This document shows positions 45,803-56,336 of a stretch of DNA of 64,000 nt, one piece after another. Numbering within the stretch: the first letter of the stretch is position 1; each line of letters starts with the position of its first letter. Made by a program: the position numbers and the translations under genes. The notes under the pieces were generated by a model that was not told the origin of the DNA, searched no databases, and worked only from the letters and a program-made list of their open reading frames with translations. Origin of the DNA: an uncultured Chloroflexia bacterium (GTDB lineage Bacteria; Chloroflexota; Limnocylindria; Limnocylindrales; CSP1-4); assembly GCA_963834915.1 (NCBI GenBank), contig CAWIDI010000003.1, positions 359,759-423,758 on the forward strand, read 5' to 3'.

Positions 45803-48017
45803 CGGGCGTCTCCTCCAGCACGACGAGGGCGTCGACGGCGATTGCGCCGCCGCTCCCGGCGATGACGGGGTTCAGGTCGACCTCGAGCAGGTCCGCTCGT
45901 GACGCGCCAAGCCGTCCGAGCGAGACCAGCATCGCGGCGATCGACGCGCGGTCCGCAGCGGGCCGGCCACGGACGCCGTCGAGGATGCGTCCGCCGCGCA
46001 GGTCATCGAGCATCGACATCGCGACGCGCGGCGTGATCGGCGCGAGCCGCACGGCGACGTCGTCGAGCACCTCGGCGAAGGTCCCACCCAGACCGACCAG
46101 CACGACCGGCCCGAACTGTGGGTCGCGGCGCAGGCCGACGATCAATTCGATCCCGGGCACGGCCATCGGCTCCACGAGCAGCCCGTGGATGTCGAGGCCG
46201 CGCCGGCGGCCGCCGTCGAGGATCGCGAGCGCCGCCGCGTAGACCGAGTCGTCGCCGGACCGGCCGAGCGCGACCCCGCCATGGTCGCTCTTGTGCGCGA
46301 GGCCGGCCGCCTCGAGCTTCAGGGCGACGGGCCGGCCGAAGCGGCGCGCGGCAGCGACGGCCGAGGCGGCATCCGGCGCGAACGTCGCCTCCGTGACCGC
46401 GATACCCGCGTCGCCCAGCAGGGCCAGGCTGTCCCGCTCGGACAGGGTCCGCGTGCGCCTCGCGGCCAGGGGCGCCGTCGCCGTCGCGTCGGAGCCGTAG
46501 GTGACGTGATCCGCAGCGAGCGCGGGCCAGGCTGGCCGCCACGGGCCGAGCTTCCGGCGCAGGTCGCGGCGCCCCTCCCAGCGGGCGACCCCGGCGATCG
46601 CGGTGAAGGCCTCCAGGCCGCCGCGCAGCAGCGGCGCCCCGCCGCCCTTCGCGTCGAGGAGCGCCTTCGTCTCGGGCGGCGGCTCCCCGGACGTCAGCGA
46701 GACGTAGATCGGCAGGATCGCCGGCCGGTCCGCGACCGCCTCGAGGAGCTGCGTCGTGACTTCGTTCGCGGTCGCGACCTCGGACGGCAGCGATCGGTAC
46801 GGGAAGTCGTGGACGAGCACCAGCGCGTCGTAGGCGCCGGACGCGGCCATCGCCTCGAACGTGGCCCGATACGCGGTCGCGGGCTCGTCGGCACCCCACG
46901 GATCGAGCGGGTTGCCAACGTACCCCATCGTGGGGAGCGCAGCCAGGATCTCGGCGCGAGCCGCGTCGGGGATGGGCGGCAGGTCGACCCCGGTCCGTTC
47001 GGCCTGGTCCGCGATCAACGAGGCCTCACCGGTCGAGACCGTCACCACGCCCGTCCGCCCCCGGCCGATGGACCGGCCCGTGCGGCGGATCCCCTCGACC
47101 AGCTCGGCCGTCTCCAGCAGCTCGTCGAGGTCGGCGCAGCGGATGACGCCCGCGGCGTCGAGGGCCGCATCGGTCGCGCGCGCCTCGCCGGCCAGCGAGC
47201 CGGAGTGGGCGACCGCCGCCACCTGGGCCTGCTCGCTCCGTCCGACCTTGACCGCCATGATCGGCTTGCCCAGCTCGAGCGCCCGGTCGGCCAGCGCCAG
47301 GAACCGCTCCGGCCGCTTGAAGCCCTCGACGAAGAGGATGACCGAGCTGGTCTCCGGGTCGTCGAGGCAGTAGGCGAGGAAGTCGCAGACGTCGAGCGCG
47401 GCCTCCGACCCGCAGCTGATGATCCGGCTGAAGCCCACCCGCGAGCCCGAGTGGACGAACGCGTCGGCGACCGAGCCGGACTGGGCGATCCCGGCGACCC
47501 CGCCCCTCGGCAGGTACGGCGAGACATCGCCGATGTAGGTCGCCGCGTTCGACGTGAGGTCGATCACGCCCATGCAGTTCGGCCCGACCAGGGCAAGCCC
47601 ATGCTCGCGGGCGATGCGGGCGACCTCGACCTGCATGGCCGCGGCCGCGCTGCCGCCCTCCACCACCCCACCGCCCGGGATGATCACCGCCGGCACGCCT
47701 GCCGCGGCCGCCGCCTCCGTGATCGACGCGGCACGCAACGGGTTGAGCGCGAGGATCGCGACGTCGGGACGTTCGGGCAGGGCGTCCAGGCTCGGGTAGC
47801 ACGGCTGGCCGTGGAGCTCCTCGTACTTGGGATTCACGAAGTGGCAGCGCGTGGCGCTGCCCATCACCCGCAGGTTGTCGCGGACCGTCTCCGCGATCCA
47901 GCTCCGCGGCGATGCCCCGACGACCGCGACCGAGGCCGGCGCGAACAACGGCCGGAGATCGATGCGTCGCGGGACGGCCGGGGCGGGGGCGCTCGATGCG
48001 GCGTCGACCTCGGTCAC
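45789..48017 (-). CDS. ADP(NDP)-forming acyl-CoA synthetase (CoA-binding, ligase-CoA and ATP-grasp domains fused)
   Basis: This is the last 742 aa of the 1092-aa track ORF. GTG 48017 overlaps the ACAD stop (GTGA). Motifs are SVAVVGASPRS, LVGPNCMGV, GIAQSGSV, AAVAHSGSLAG and a C-terminal ATP-grasp region (GRPVALKLEAAGLAHKSDHGGVAL). Confidence 0.8.
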   Translation of the reverse strand: MTEVDAASSAPAPAVPRRIDLRPLFAPASVAVVGASPRSWIAETVRDNLRVMGSATRCHFVNPKYEELHGQPCYPSLDALPERPDVAILALNPLRAASITEAAAAAGVPAVIIPGGGVVEGGSAAAAMQVEVARIAREHGLALVGPNCMGVIDLTSNAATYIGDVSPYLPRGGVAGIAQSGSVADAFVHSGSRVGFSRIISCGSEAALDVCDFLAYCLDDPETSSVILFVEGFKRPERFLALADRALELGKPIMAVKVGRSEQAQVAAVAHSGSLAGEARATDAALDAAGVIRCADLDELLETAELVEGIRRTGRSIGRGRTGVVTVSTGEASLIADQAERTGVDLPPIPDAARAEILAALPTMGYVGNPLDPWGADEPATAYRATFEAMAASGAYDALVLVHDFPYRSLPSEVATANEVTTQLLEAVADRPAILPIYVSLTSGEPPPETKALLDAKGGGAPLLRGGLEAFTAIAGVARWEGRRDLRRKLGPWRPAWPALAADHVTYGSDATATAPLAARRTRTLSERDSLALLGDAGIAVTEATFAPDAASAVAAARRFGRPVALKLEAAGLAHKSDHGGVALGRSGDDSVYAAALAILDGGRRRGLDIHGLLVEPMAVPGIELIVGLRRDPQFGPVVLVGLGGTFAEVLDDVAVRLAPITPRVAMSMLDDLRGGRILDGVRGRPAADRASIAAMLVSLGRLGASRADLLEVDLNPVIAGSGGAIAVDALVVLEETPDDPA

Positions 48018-49189
48018 CCGACGACCCGGTCCACGCCGCGCTTCTCGAGCGCGCGGGCGACGATCAGGCGCTGGATCTCGGACGTGCCCTCCCAGATCCG
48101 GTCCACGCGGAGCTCGCGGAAGAACCGCTCGGCGGGGTACTCGCGCATGTAGCCGCGGCCGCCGAAGACCTGCACGACCCGGTCGGCGCAGCGGAAGGCC
48201 GCCTCCGAGGCGAAGAGCTTGGCCAGCGACGCCTTGGCGTGCACGACCTTGGCGTCCGCGCCGGTGTCCACCAGCCAGGCGCACTCGCGGGTCAGCAGCC
48301 GGGCCGCCGACGCGTCGGCCGCGGAATCGGCGAGCGGGAACGAGACGCCCTGGAAGTCGAAGATGCGCTCGCCGAACTGGACCCGTTCCGTCGCCCACTC
48401 GACCGCGAGGGTGAGCAGCCGCTCCATCGCCCCGGCGCAGCGCGCCCCGATGTGGATCCGCTCCTCGACGAACCACTCGTTGGTCAGCTCGTCCGCCTCG
48501 CCGACGCCACCGAGGATCGCGTCCGCGGGGACGTGGACGTCCTCCAGCACGAACTGCGGGTGCCGGTCGGCGAAGGTGTGCATGTAGTCGGGGTCGTGCT
48601 GGATCCGGACACCGGGCAGGTCGTAATCGACCAGGAACAACGTCGGCAGGAGCCGGTCGCCGTCCACCACGTTCCCGTGGAAGATCATGAAGTCGGTGTC
48701 GTCCGGGCCGGTCACGAACCACTTCTCGCCGTTGAGCACGTAGTCGCCGGTCGCGGCATCGCGGACGGCGGTGGCTCGCAGCGCGCGGGCATCGGATCCG
48801 GCCTCGTCCTCCGTGATCGCGTAGCTCCCCGAGCGCTCGCCGCGCATGCTCGGGTCGAAGTAGCGCGTGCGCTGTTCGGGGGTGCAGTGGATGAGCGCGT
48901 TGTACGGCCCCGGGATGTACGACCACAGCCCGCCGGTGCTCTGCCCGAGCTGCTCGTGGACCAGCACCTGCTCCAGCGCCGACCAGCCCTGGCCGCCCAG
49001 CGCGACGGGGAACGAGCCGCCATGGAGCCGTGCCTCGATGGCCGCCTGGCGGATCGGGGCGCCCCACTCACGCGGGACCCGGCCGTTGGCGGCCTCGAAC
49101 TCGGCCTCGCGCGGCTGGAGGACCTCGCGGACGAACGCGCGGGCGCGGGCCTGGAGCTCGAGCTGGGCAGGCGTCAGGGTCAGATCCAT
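48014..49189 (-). CDS. Acyl-CoA dehydrogenase
   Basis: I take the start as MDLTLTPAQLELQARARAFV (ATG 49189), not the track start 49627. Motifs are YAITEDEAGSDA, NGEKWFVTG and FGGRGYMREYPAERFFRELRVDRIWEGTSEIQRLIVAR. Confidence 0.85.
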   Translation of the reverse strand: MDLTLTPAQLELQARARAFVREVLQPREAEFEAANGRVPREWGAPIRQAAIEARLHGGSFPVALGGQGWSALEQVLVHEQLGQSTGGLWSYIPGPYNALIHCTPEQRTRYFDPSMRGERSGSYAITEDEAGSDARALRATAVRDAATGDYVLNGEKWFVTGPDDTDFMIFHGNVVDGDRLLPTLFLVDYDLPGVRIQHDPDYMHTFADRHPQFVLEDVHVPADAILGGVGEADELTNEWFVEERIHIGARCAGAMERLLTLAVEWATERVQFGERIFDFQGVSFPLADSAADASAARLLTRECAWLVDTGADAKVVHAKASLAKLFASEAAFRCADRVVQVFGGRGYMREYPAERFFRELRVDRIWEGTSEIQRLIVARALEKRGVDRVVG

Positions 49190-49314
49190 CGCCGGAAGGA
49201 TGCGGCACGCCAGCAGACTCCCGCTGCGCGCGTCGCGGGGCGCGGGACGGCGCGGCCGGCCGGGGACGGCGCGGAACCCGTCCGACCGCTCACGGCCGGC
49301 CGCACGCCCCCGGG

Positions 49315-50760
<1,446 letters not shown>

Positions 50761-50811
50761 GGGGCGGATCCTCAGAGCTTGCGGTGGCGTGAGGGGATGG
50801 TACCGCGAGCC

Positions 50812-51306
50812 TCAGGAGGCGGACGGCGTCCCGCCGTCGAGCCGCTCGACCGCGGTCTTGATCTGCAGCTCGAGCGAGAGGATCACCTGCTCGAGCCGTT
50901 CGACCCGTTCGAGGATCTGCTTGTTCCCGTCGAGCAGTCGGTCGTTCTGCGCCTCCTCCAGGTCGGCCTCGGTCGCCGCGTGCTCGAGGGTCAGGCGGTC
51001 GCGCTGGGCCGACCTATTGCCCGCCAGGAGGATGAGCGGCGCGGCGTAGGCCGCCTGGGTCGAGAACGCCAGGTTGAGCAGGATGAACGGGTAGGGATCG
51101 AAGTGGAAGAGCAGCACGACGTTCCCGGCGATCCAGATGACGACCAGGATCGTCTGGATGACGAGGAACCTCCAGCTGCCCAGGAAGAGCGTCACCCGGT
51201 CGGCGATGCGCGCGCCGCGCGGTGCCTGCTCGATCATCTCGACATTGACGGGGTGGCGGAACTTGATGCGCGTCAGCGCGGCTCGGTGCATCGGTCGGTG
51301 CTCCAT
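50812..51306 (-). CDS. DUF1003-family membrane protein
   Basis: I take the start as MEHRPMH (ATG 51306). Motifs are GSWRFLVIQTILVVIWIAGN and FDPYPFILLNLAFSTQAAYAAPLILLAGNR, followed by a C-terminal coiled coil. Confidence 0.7.
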   Translation of the reverse strand: MEHRPMHRAALTRIKFRHPVNVEMIEQAPRGARIADRVTLFLGSWRFLVIQTILVVIWIAGNVVLLFHFDPYPFILLNLAFSTQAAYAAPLILLAGNRSAQRDRLTLEHAATEADLEEAQNDRLLDGNKQILERVERLEQVILSLELQIKTAVERLDGGTPSAS

Positions 51307-51353
51307 GTCACAGCCGCGGCCCGGCGGGCAGACGGCCATGCGACGATACGCCG

Positions 51354-52163
51354 ATGACGGATCTTCGCTCGCGACTGGTGGTCGAGCCCGGGACCCGGGT
51401 CCGCCTCGAGAAGCTCGACACCTCGGCCACCCATGGCTTCGACAAGGAGCGTGGTGTCACGCACACGATGGAGCAGCAGACCCGTCTCGCCGACCTGCAG
51501 GACCGGTTCTGGGCGGAGGCCAAGCGCTCCGTGCTGGTCGTCCTCCAGGGGATCGACGCGGCCGGCAAGGACGGCACGATCAACAAGGTCATGGAGGCGT
51601 TCAACCCGCAGGGCTGCCCGGTCACCTCATTCAAGGTGCCCAGCGCGGAGGAGCTCGCCCACGACTACCTGTGGCGGGTCCACAGGGCCGTGCCGCGCAA
51701 GGGCGAGATCGGGATCTTCAATCGCTCGCACTACGAGGACGTGCTGGTCGTGCGGGTCCACGACCTCGTGCCCAAGTCGGTCTGGTCGAAGCGCTACGAC
51801 GAGATCAACGCCTTCGAGCGACACCTCTCCGACAGCGGCACGACGATCGTGAAGTTCTTCCTGTCGATCTCCAAGGACGAGCAGCGCGAGCGGTTCCAGG
51901 CCCGCTATGACGATCCGACCAAGCGCTGGAAGTTCTCGCTGGGCGACCTCGAGGAGCGCAAGCGCTGGGACGATTACCAGGCCGCCTTCGACGACGCCCT
52001 CTCGAAGACCTCGACGGCCTGGTCGCCGTGGTACGTGATCCCGGCCGACCGCAAGTGGTTCCGCGACACCGCCGTGGCCTCGATCCTGGCCGACACCATC
52101 GCCGAGCTCGAGCCGGCCTATCCTGCCCCGGCCGACCTGCCCCCGGACCTCGTCATCGAGTAA
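51354..52163 (+). CDS. ppk2: Polyphosphate kinase 2 family (polyphosphate:nucleotide phosphotransferase)
   Basis: 269 aa. Motifs are VLQGIDAAGKDGTI (Walker A), FNRSHYEDVLVVRVH and FFLSISKDEQRERF. Confidence 0.85.
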   Translation: MTDLRSRLVVEPGTRVRLEKLDTSATHGFDKERGVTHTMEQQTRLADLQDRFWAEAKRSVLVVLQGIDAAGKDGTINKVMEAFNPQGCPVTSFKVPSAEELAHDYLWRVHRAVPRKGEIGIFNRSHYEDVLVVRVHDLVPKSVWSKRYDEINAFERHLSDSGTTIVKFFLSISKDEQRERFQARYDDPTKRWKFSLGDLEERKRWDDYQAAFDDALSKTSTAWSPWYVIPADRKWFRDTAVASILADTIAELEPAYPAPADLPPDLVIE

Positions 52164-52193
52164 CGCCCGGGATCGGGACGGGCCGGCGTCGGC

Positions 52194-53870
52194 CTACCTG
52201 GACTTGCCGCCGCCGAAGAGCGTCCCGAAGACGCCACGGATGACGTCCTGACCGAGGCGCGAGCCCACGACCTTCCCCCCGGTCCGGATCGCGCTGTTGA
52301 TCGTCCGCTGACGCTCCCGCTCCGCGGCCGCGGCCGCCTTCTCCTCGGCCCGGCGCTGCCGTTCCGCATCGCGCGCCGCAGCCTTCTGGGCCGCCTCGAG
52401 CTCGCGCTGCTGCCGCGCGACCTCGCGCTGCTGCTGGGCCGGGGTCATCGAGTTCATGCCAGAGGCCGTCGTGGGGTCCACGCCCGCTCGGACGGCGGCG
52501 TCCACCGCGGCCTGGCGCGCCGCGGCGATCCGGCCGGTGATCCGCTCGTAGGCGCTGTCGCGGTCGATGGTCTGGCCGTACTTGGCCTGCAGCGCGCTCA
52601 TCGCGATGCGTCCGCGGAAGAGCACCTCCTCGATCGGCGCCATCAGCGAGTCGGGCGCGAGCAGCCGCGTCGCGGCGAGCGGCGTCGGTACGCCCCGCGG
52701 CGAGAGGACCGTGACCAGCGCTTCCCCCGTCCCGAGCGAGGTGATGGTCTTCTCGACGTCGTAGAAGTCGGTCATCGGGAAGGTCCGCGCGGTCTTGCGC
52801 AGCGCGTCGGCATCCTCCGGCGTGAACGCTCGCAGGGCGTGCTGGACGCGGTTCCCGAGCTGGGCCAGGATCGACGAGGGGACGTCGGTCGGCGCCTGGG
52901 TCACGAAGTAGACGCCGACGCCCTTGGAGCGGATCAGCCGCGCGGTCCGCTCGACCTGGTCCAGCAGCGCCTCGGAGGCATCGTCGAAGAGCAGGTGGGC
53001 CTCATCGAAGAAGAAGCACAGCTTCGGCTTCGGGAGGTCGCCGACCTCGGGCAGGCTCTCGTACAGCTGGGCCAGCATCCAGAGCATGAACGTCGAGAAG
53101 AGCCGCGGCTGGTCCATGACGTCCGAGAGCTCGAGGACGGTGATGACCCCCTCGCCCTCTGGCGTGGTGCGCAGCAGATCCTCGACCTCGAACTCGGGCT
53201 CACCGAAGAAGATGTCCGCGCCCTCCTGCTCGAGGACCACGATCGAGCGGAGGAGGACGCCCACGGAGGCGGGTGACATCCCGCCGTAGTCGGCGAGGAT
53301 CGCCTTGTTCTCGGGGGCCGCGAGGAACTTGAGGACCGCGGTCAGGTCCTTCAGGTCGAGCAGCGGCAGGTCGTTGTCGTCGCAGTACTTGAAGATCAGC
53401 GCCAGGATGCTGGTCTGGGTGTCGTTGAGGTCCAGGACCTTGCCCAGCAGCAGCGGACCGAACGAATGGACCGTCGCCCGCACCTGCGAGCCGAGCTTGC
53501 CGGACAGCGACACGAACTCGACCGGATGGCCGGCCGCGACGAACGTCCAGGCCTGTGCCGCCGAGCGCTCGATGATCTTCGAGTTGGCCGCGTCGCCGGG
53601 CGCCGCGAGCCCGGTCAGGTCGCCCTTGATGTCGGCGACGAAGACGGGGATCCCGGCCTTGGACGCCTGTCCCGCGAGGAGCTGGAGGGTCTTGGTCTTG
53701 CCCGTCCCCGTGGCGCCGGCGATGAGCCCGTGCCGGTTCAGCATCGAGAGCGCGATCTGGACGCGAGTGTCGTTGAAGAGCTCGCCGTCATGCATCGCGC
53801 TGCCGATGACCAGGCTCGGCTCGGTGAGCGTGTAGCCGGTCGTCATGGCGTCGCGGAACGCCTGATCCAT
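52194..53870 (-). CDS. HerA-like ATPase (DUF853 / YjgR family)
   Basis: I take the start as MDQAFRD (ATG 53870, GGAGG upstream). Walker A is GATGTGKT and Walker B is LCFFFDEAHLLF. The C-terminal Gln/Arg/Ala/Glu-rich tail is typical of this family. Confidence 0.75.
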   Translation of the reverse strand: MDQAFRDAMTTGYTLTEPSLVIGSAMHDGELFNDTRVQIALSMLNRHGLIAGATGTGKTKTLQLLAGQASKAGIPVFVADIKGDLTGLAAPGDAANSKIIERSAAQAWTFVAAGHPVEFVSLSGKLGSQVRATVHSFGPLLLGKVLDLNDTQTSILALIFKYCDDNDLPLLDLKDLTAVLKFLAAPENKAILADYGGMSPASVGVLLRSIVVLEQEGADIFFGEPEFEVEDLLRTTPEGEGVITVLELSDVMDQPRLFSTFMLWMLAQLYESLPEVGDLPKPKLCFFFDEAHLLFDDASEALLDQVERTARLIRSKGVGVYFVTQAPTDVPSSILAQLGNRVQHALRAFTPEDADALRKTARTFPMTDFYDVEKTITSLGTGEALVTVLSPRGVPTPLAATRLLAPDSLMAPIEEVLFRGRIAMSALQAKYGQTIDRDSAYERITGRIAAARQAAVDAAVRAGVDPTTASGMNSMTPAQQQREVARQQRELEAAQKAAARDAERQRRAEEKAAAAAERERQRTINSAIRTGGKVVGSRLGQDVIRGVFGTLFGGGKSR

Positions 53871-53983
53871 CTCGCCTCCAGCAGCGCGGACGTGTCGCGG
53901 GGAGTGGCCGATCACGGGGAGTGGCCAAGCGTATCATCGGCCGACCGCCCGGACGGGCGAACCGGCCCCAGGAGGACCAGTCC

Positions 53984-54391
53984 ATGGCAAACATCGAAGA
54001 GGTCGAGGGCATCGGCGCGGTCTACGCCGGGCAGCTCGCCAAAGCCGGCGTCACGACCACCGAGGGGCTGCTGGCAGCCGGCGCCAGTCCATCCGGCCGG
54101 GCCGCCCTCGAAGCGTCGACCGGGATCGCCCATGCCCTGATCCTCGAGTGGGTCAACCACGTCGACCTGATGCGGATCAAGGGCGTCGCGTCCGAGTTCT
54201 CGGATCTGCTCGAGGCCGCCGGCGTCGACTCGCCCGCCGAGCTCGCGAACCGGAACGCGGCCAATCTCGCGGTGACCGTCGCGGAAGTCGTGGCGGCGCG
54301 ACCGGGCATCGTCCGCCGCGCCCCGGGCGAGACGGAGATCGCCGGCTGGATCGCCCAGGCGAAGGACCTGCCGAAGGTCGTCGAGCACTGA
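53984..54391 (+). CDS. DUF4332 (helix-hairpin-helix) domain protein
   Basis: I take the start as MANIEEVEGIG (ATG 53984, GGAGGA upstream). The HhH-like segments IEEVEGIGAVYAGQLAKAGV and LMRIKGVASEFSDLLEAAGV are repeated. Confidence 0.6.
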   Translation: MANIEEVEGIGAVYAGQLAKAGVTTTEGLLAAGASPSGRAALEASTGIAHALILEWVNHVDLMRIKGVASEFSDLLEAAGVDSPAELANRNAANLAVTVAEVVAARPGIVRRAPGETEIAGWIAQAKDLPKVVEH

Positions 54392-54403
54392 GCGGGGCGG
54401 CTC

Positions 54404-54805
54404 GTGATGTCCGAGTTCAAGGGGTTCCTGCTCAAGACCAATGCGCTGGCCCTGGCGGTCGGCGTCATCCTCGCCACGGCGCTCGGCCTGGTCGTCGCGT
54501 CCCTCGTCAACGACATCATCATGCCGCCGATCGGCTATCTGCTCGGGGGCGTGAACTTCGCTGACCTCAAGATCGTCCTCGGGACCACGACGGCCGCGGA
54601 CGGGACACCCACCGAGGTGGCCATCCGCTGGGGCGCCTTCGTCAACACGTTGATCAACTTCACGATCATCGCCTTCATCGTCTGGCGGATCGCGAAGCTG
54701 TTCCTCAAGGAGGCGCCGGCCGACGAGGTCAAGATCTGTCCGTTCTGCAAGGAAGCGAACGCGCCGGACGCCTCGAAGTGCAAGGCCTGCACCAGCGCGA
54801 TCTGA
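54404..54805 (+). CDS. mscL: Large-conductance mechanosensitive channel MscL with C-terminal CxxC...CxxC zinc-ribbon extension
   Basis: FKGFLLKTNALALAVGVILATALGLVVASLVNDIIMPPIG is the MscL TM1 signature, and TM2 is LINFTIIAFIVWRIAKLF. The tail reads KICPFCKEANAPDASKCKACTSAI. The start is GTG 54404 or ATG 54407. Confidence 0.85.
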   Translation: MMSEFKGFLLKTNALALAVGVILATALGLVVASLVNDIIMPPIGYLLGGVNFADLKIVLGTTTAADGTPTEVAIRWGAFVNTLINFTIIAFIVWRIAKLFLKEAPADEVKICPFCKEANAPDASKCKACTSAI

Positions 54806-54822
54806 CCCGCACCCGGTGATCG

Positions 54823-54854
54823 CGAACGGCTCGCCGGCGATGGCGGGCCGTTCG
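54823..54854. terminator. Hairpin between convergent mscL and pheA
   Basis: CGAACGGC...GCCGTTCG is an 8-bp stem with a nested CGCC/GGCG. It lies between the stops at 54805 and 54860. Confidence 0.4.
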
Positions 54855-54859
54855 GCGTG

Positions 54860-55696
54860 TCAGGCGTCCGAGCTCGGGTAGCTGCCCAGGACGCGGGTCG
54901 TCGTCGTGACCGTCCGGACCTCGTCGAGCGCGGCCGCCATGGCCGGATCGGCCAGGTCGCCGTCGAGGTCGATCCAGAAGACGTACTCCCAGGCGCGCTC
55001 GCGGCTGGGCCGCGATTCGAGCTTGCGCATGTTCAGGCCGTGGGCCGCGATCACGGACAGCACGGCCAGCAGCGTGCCGGGCTCGTTGCGCACGGCCACG
55101 ACGATCGTCGTGCGCCGCACGGCGCCGCTCGCCGCGCGCAGGGGGACCGTGGCCCCGCGCGGCGCCAGCACGAGGAAGCGCGTGCGGTTGCCCGGCAGGT
55201 CGCCGATGCCGTCGGCCAGGATCTCGAGGCCGAAGAGCGCCGCCGCCCGCGGCGACAGCACGGCCGCGGCGCCCACCTCCCCGCGCTCCACGATCGCCTT
55301 GCCGGCACCCGCGGTGTTGTAGGTGGTGAGCAGCTGCCAGCGCCGCGAGCGCAGGAAGGCCTCCGCCTGCCCGAGCGCCTGGATGTGCGAGTAGACGCGC
55401 TCGATGGCCTCGAGCGGCTGGCCGGGCAACGCGGCCAGGCAGAGCGCGACGGGCACGGCGACCTCGCCGTGGATCGCCAGCGGGAACTCCAGCAGCAGGT
55501 CGTAGTTCTCACGGACCGTGCCGTTGATGACGTTCTCGATCGGCACGACGCCGGCGGCCGCCTCGCCGGCCGCGACGGCCTCGAAGACCGCGCGGAAGCT
55601 CCCCAACGGTTCGCGCGCGACGTCGCCGAAGGCGGCGAGGACCGCGTCCTCCGCGAAGGCGCCGGGCTCCCCGGCATAGGCGATGAGGTCTGCCAT
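54860..55696 (-). CDS. pheA: Prephenate dehydratase
   Basis: 278 aa. The PDT domain reads GEPGAFAEDA...VVPIENVINGTV, TRFLVL is present, and the C-terminal ACT domain has the ESRPSR motif (LNMRKLESRPSRERAWEYVFWIDL). Confidence 0.85.
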   Translation of the reverse strand: MADLIAYAGEPGAFAEDAVLAAFGDVAREPLGSFRAVFEAVAAGEAAAGVVPIENVINGTVRENYDLLLEFPLAIHGEVAVPVALCLAALPGQPLEAIERVYSHIQALGQAEAFLRSRRWQLLTTYNTAGAGKAIVERGEVGAAAVLSPRAAALFGLEILADGIGDLPGNRTRFLVLAPRGATVPLRAASGAVRRTTIVVAVRNEPGTLLAVLSVIAAHGLNMRKLESRPSRERAWEYVFWIDLDGDLADPAMAAALDEVRTVTTTTRVLGSYPSSDA

Positions 55697-55740
55697 GGTC
55701 GCCGAAGTCTAGCGGTGCGCCGACGGCGGCCGACGCCGAC

Positions 55741-55774
55741 CGGCGGCCGGGTCAGCCCGGCGGCCGGGTCAGCC
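55741..55774. repeat. Perfect 17-nt tandem duplication spanning a stop codon
   Basis: cggcggccgggtcagcc occurs twice (55741-55757 and 55758-55774). The second copy contains the stop (55769-55771) of the LeuA-domain gene. Confidence 0.85.
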
Positions 55775-56332
55775 CTGGCGGTTGAACCAGTCGGTGGTGT
55801 CGATCTCGCCGGCCGCCTCGTCGAGCTCGGCGCGGCGCGCCCGCGCCTCGCCCGCCGGGACCACCGAGGGTCGACGGGCGCGTGTCCCCGTCGCGGCGGC
55901 GGCCTCGGGCGCGCCGCGCCAGTGCGCCTCGGCCAGCATCGCGTTGAGGGCCACCACGTAGGCCTCGATCGAGGCCGCGATGACGTTGGTCCCGCTCGAC
56001 GTGCCGGGATACTCGCCGCTCCCCCGCTCGCCGCCGACTGCCGGCGGGGCGATGCGCACGAACACCGCGCCCTCCGCCTCGGTCCCCTCGCCGAGCGAGC
56101 GGATCTCGAACGCCACCAGCCGCGGGTGCCCGTCGAGGATCTCGGCGAGTGCCTTGTCGACCGCCCGGTAGAGGGCGTCGATGGCGCCGTTCCCCTCCGC
56201 GGATGCGCGCCAGTGGTGGTCGCCGGCGGCGATGACCACTGCCCCCCGGCTCTGGCTGTTCGAACCGGACGAGACCGTCCAGCGGGTCAGGTGCAGCGTG
56301 GGCCTGGGCTGGGGCGTGGCGTTCTCGGGCAT
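55769..56332 (-). CDS. Stand-alone LeuA allosteric/dimerisation (LeuA_dimer) domain protein
   Basis: This is the last 187 aa of the 308-aa track ORF. ATG 56332 has GGAGG upstream and lies 4 nt after the cimA stop. AEGNGAIDALYRAVDKALAEILDGHPRLVAFEIRSLGEGTEAEGAVFVRI...GTNVIAASIEAYVVALNAML aligns by eye with the C-terminal domains of LeuA and CimA in this window. Confidence 0.65.
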   Translation of the reverse strand: MPENATPQPRPTLHLTRWTVSSGSNSQSRGAVVIAAGDHHWRASAEGNGAIDALYRAVDKALAEILDGHPRLVAFEIRSLGEGTEAEGAVFVRIAPPAVGGERGSGEYPGTSSGTNVIAASIEAYVVALNAMLAEAHWRGAPEAAAATGTRARRPSVVPAGEARARRAELDEAAGEIDTTDWFNRQG

Positions 56333-56336
56333 CCGG

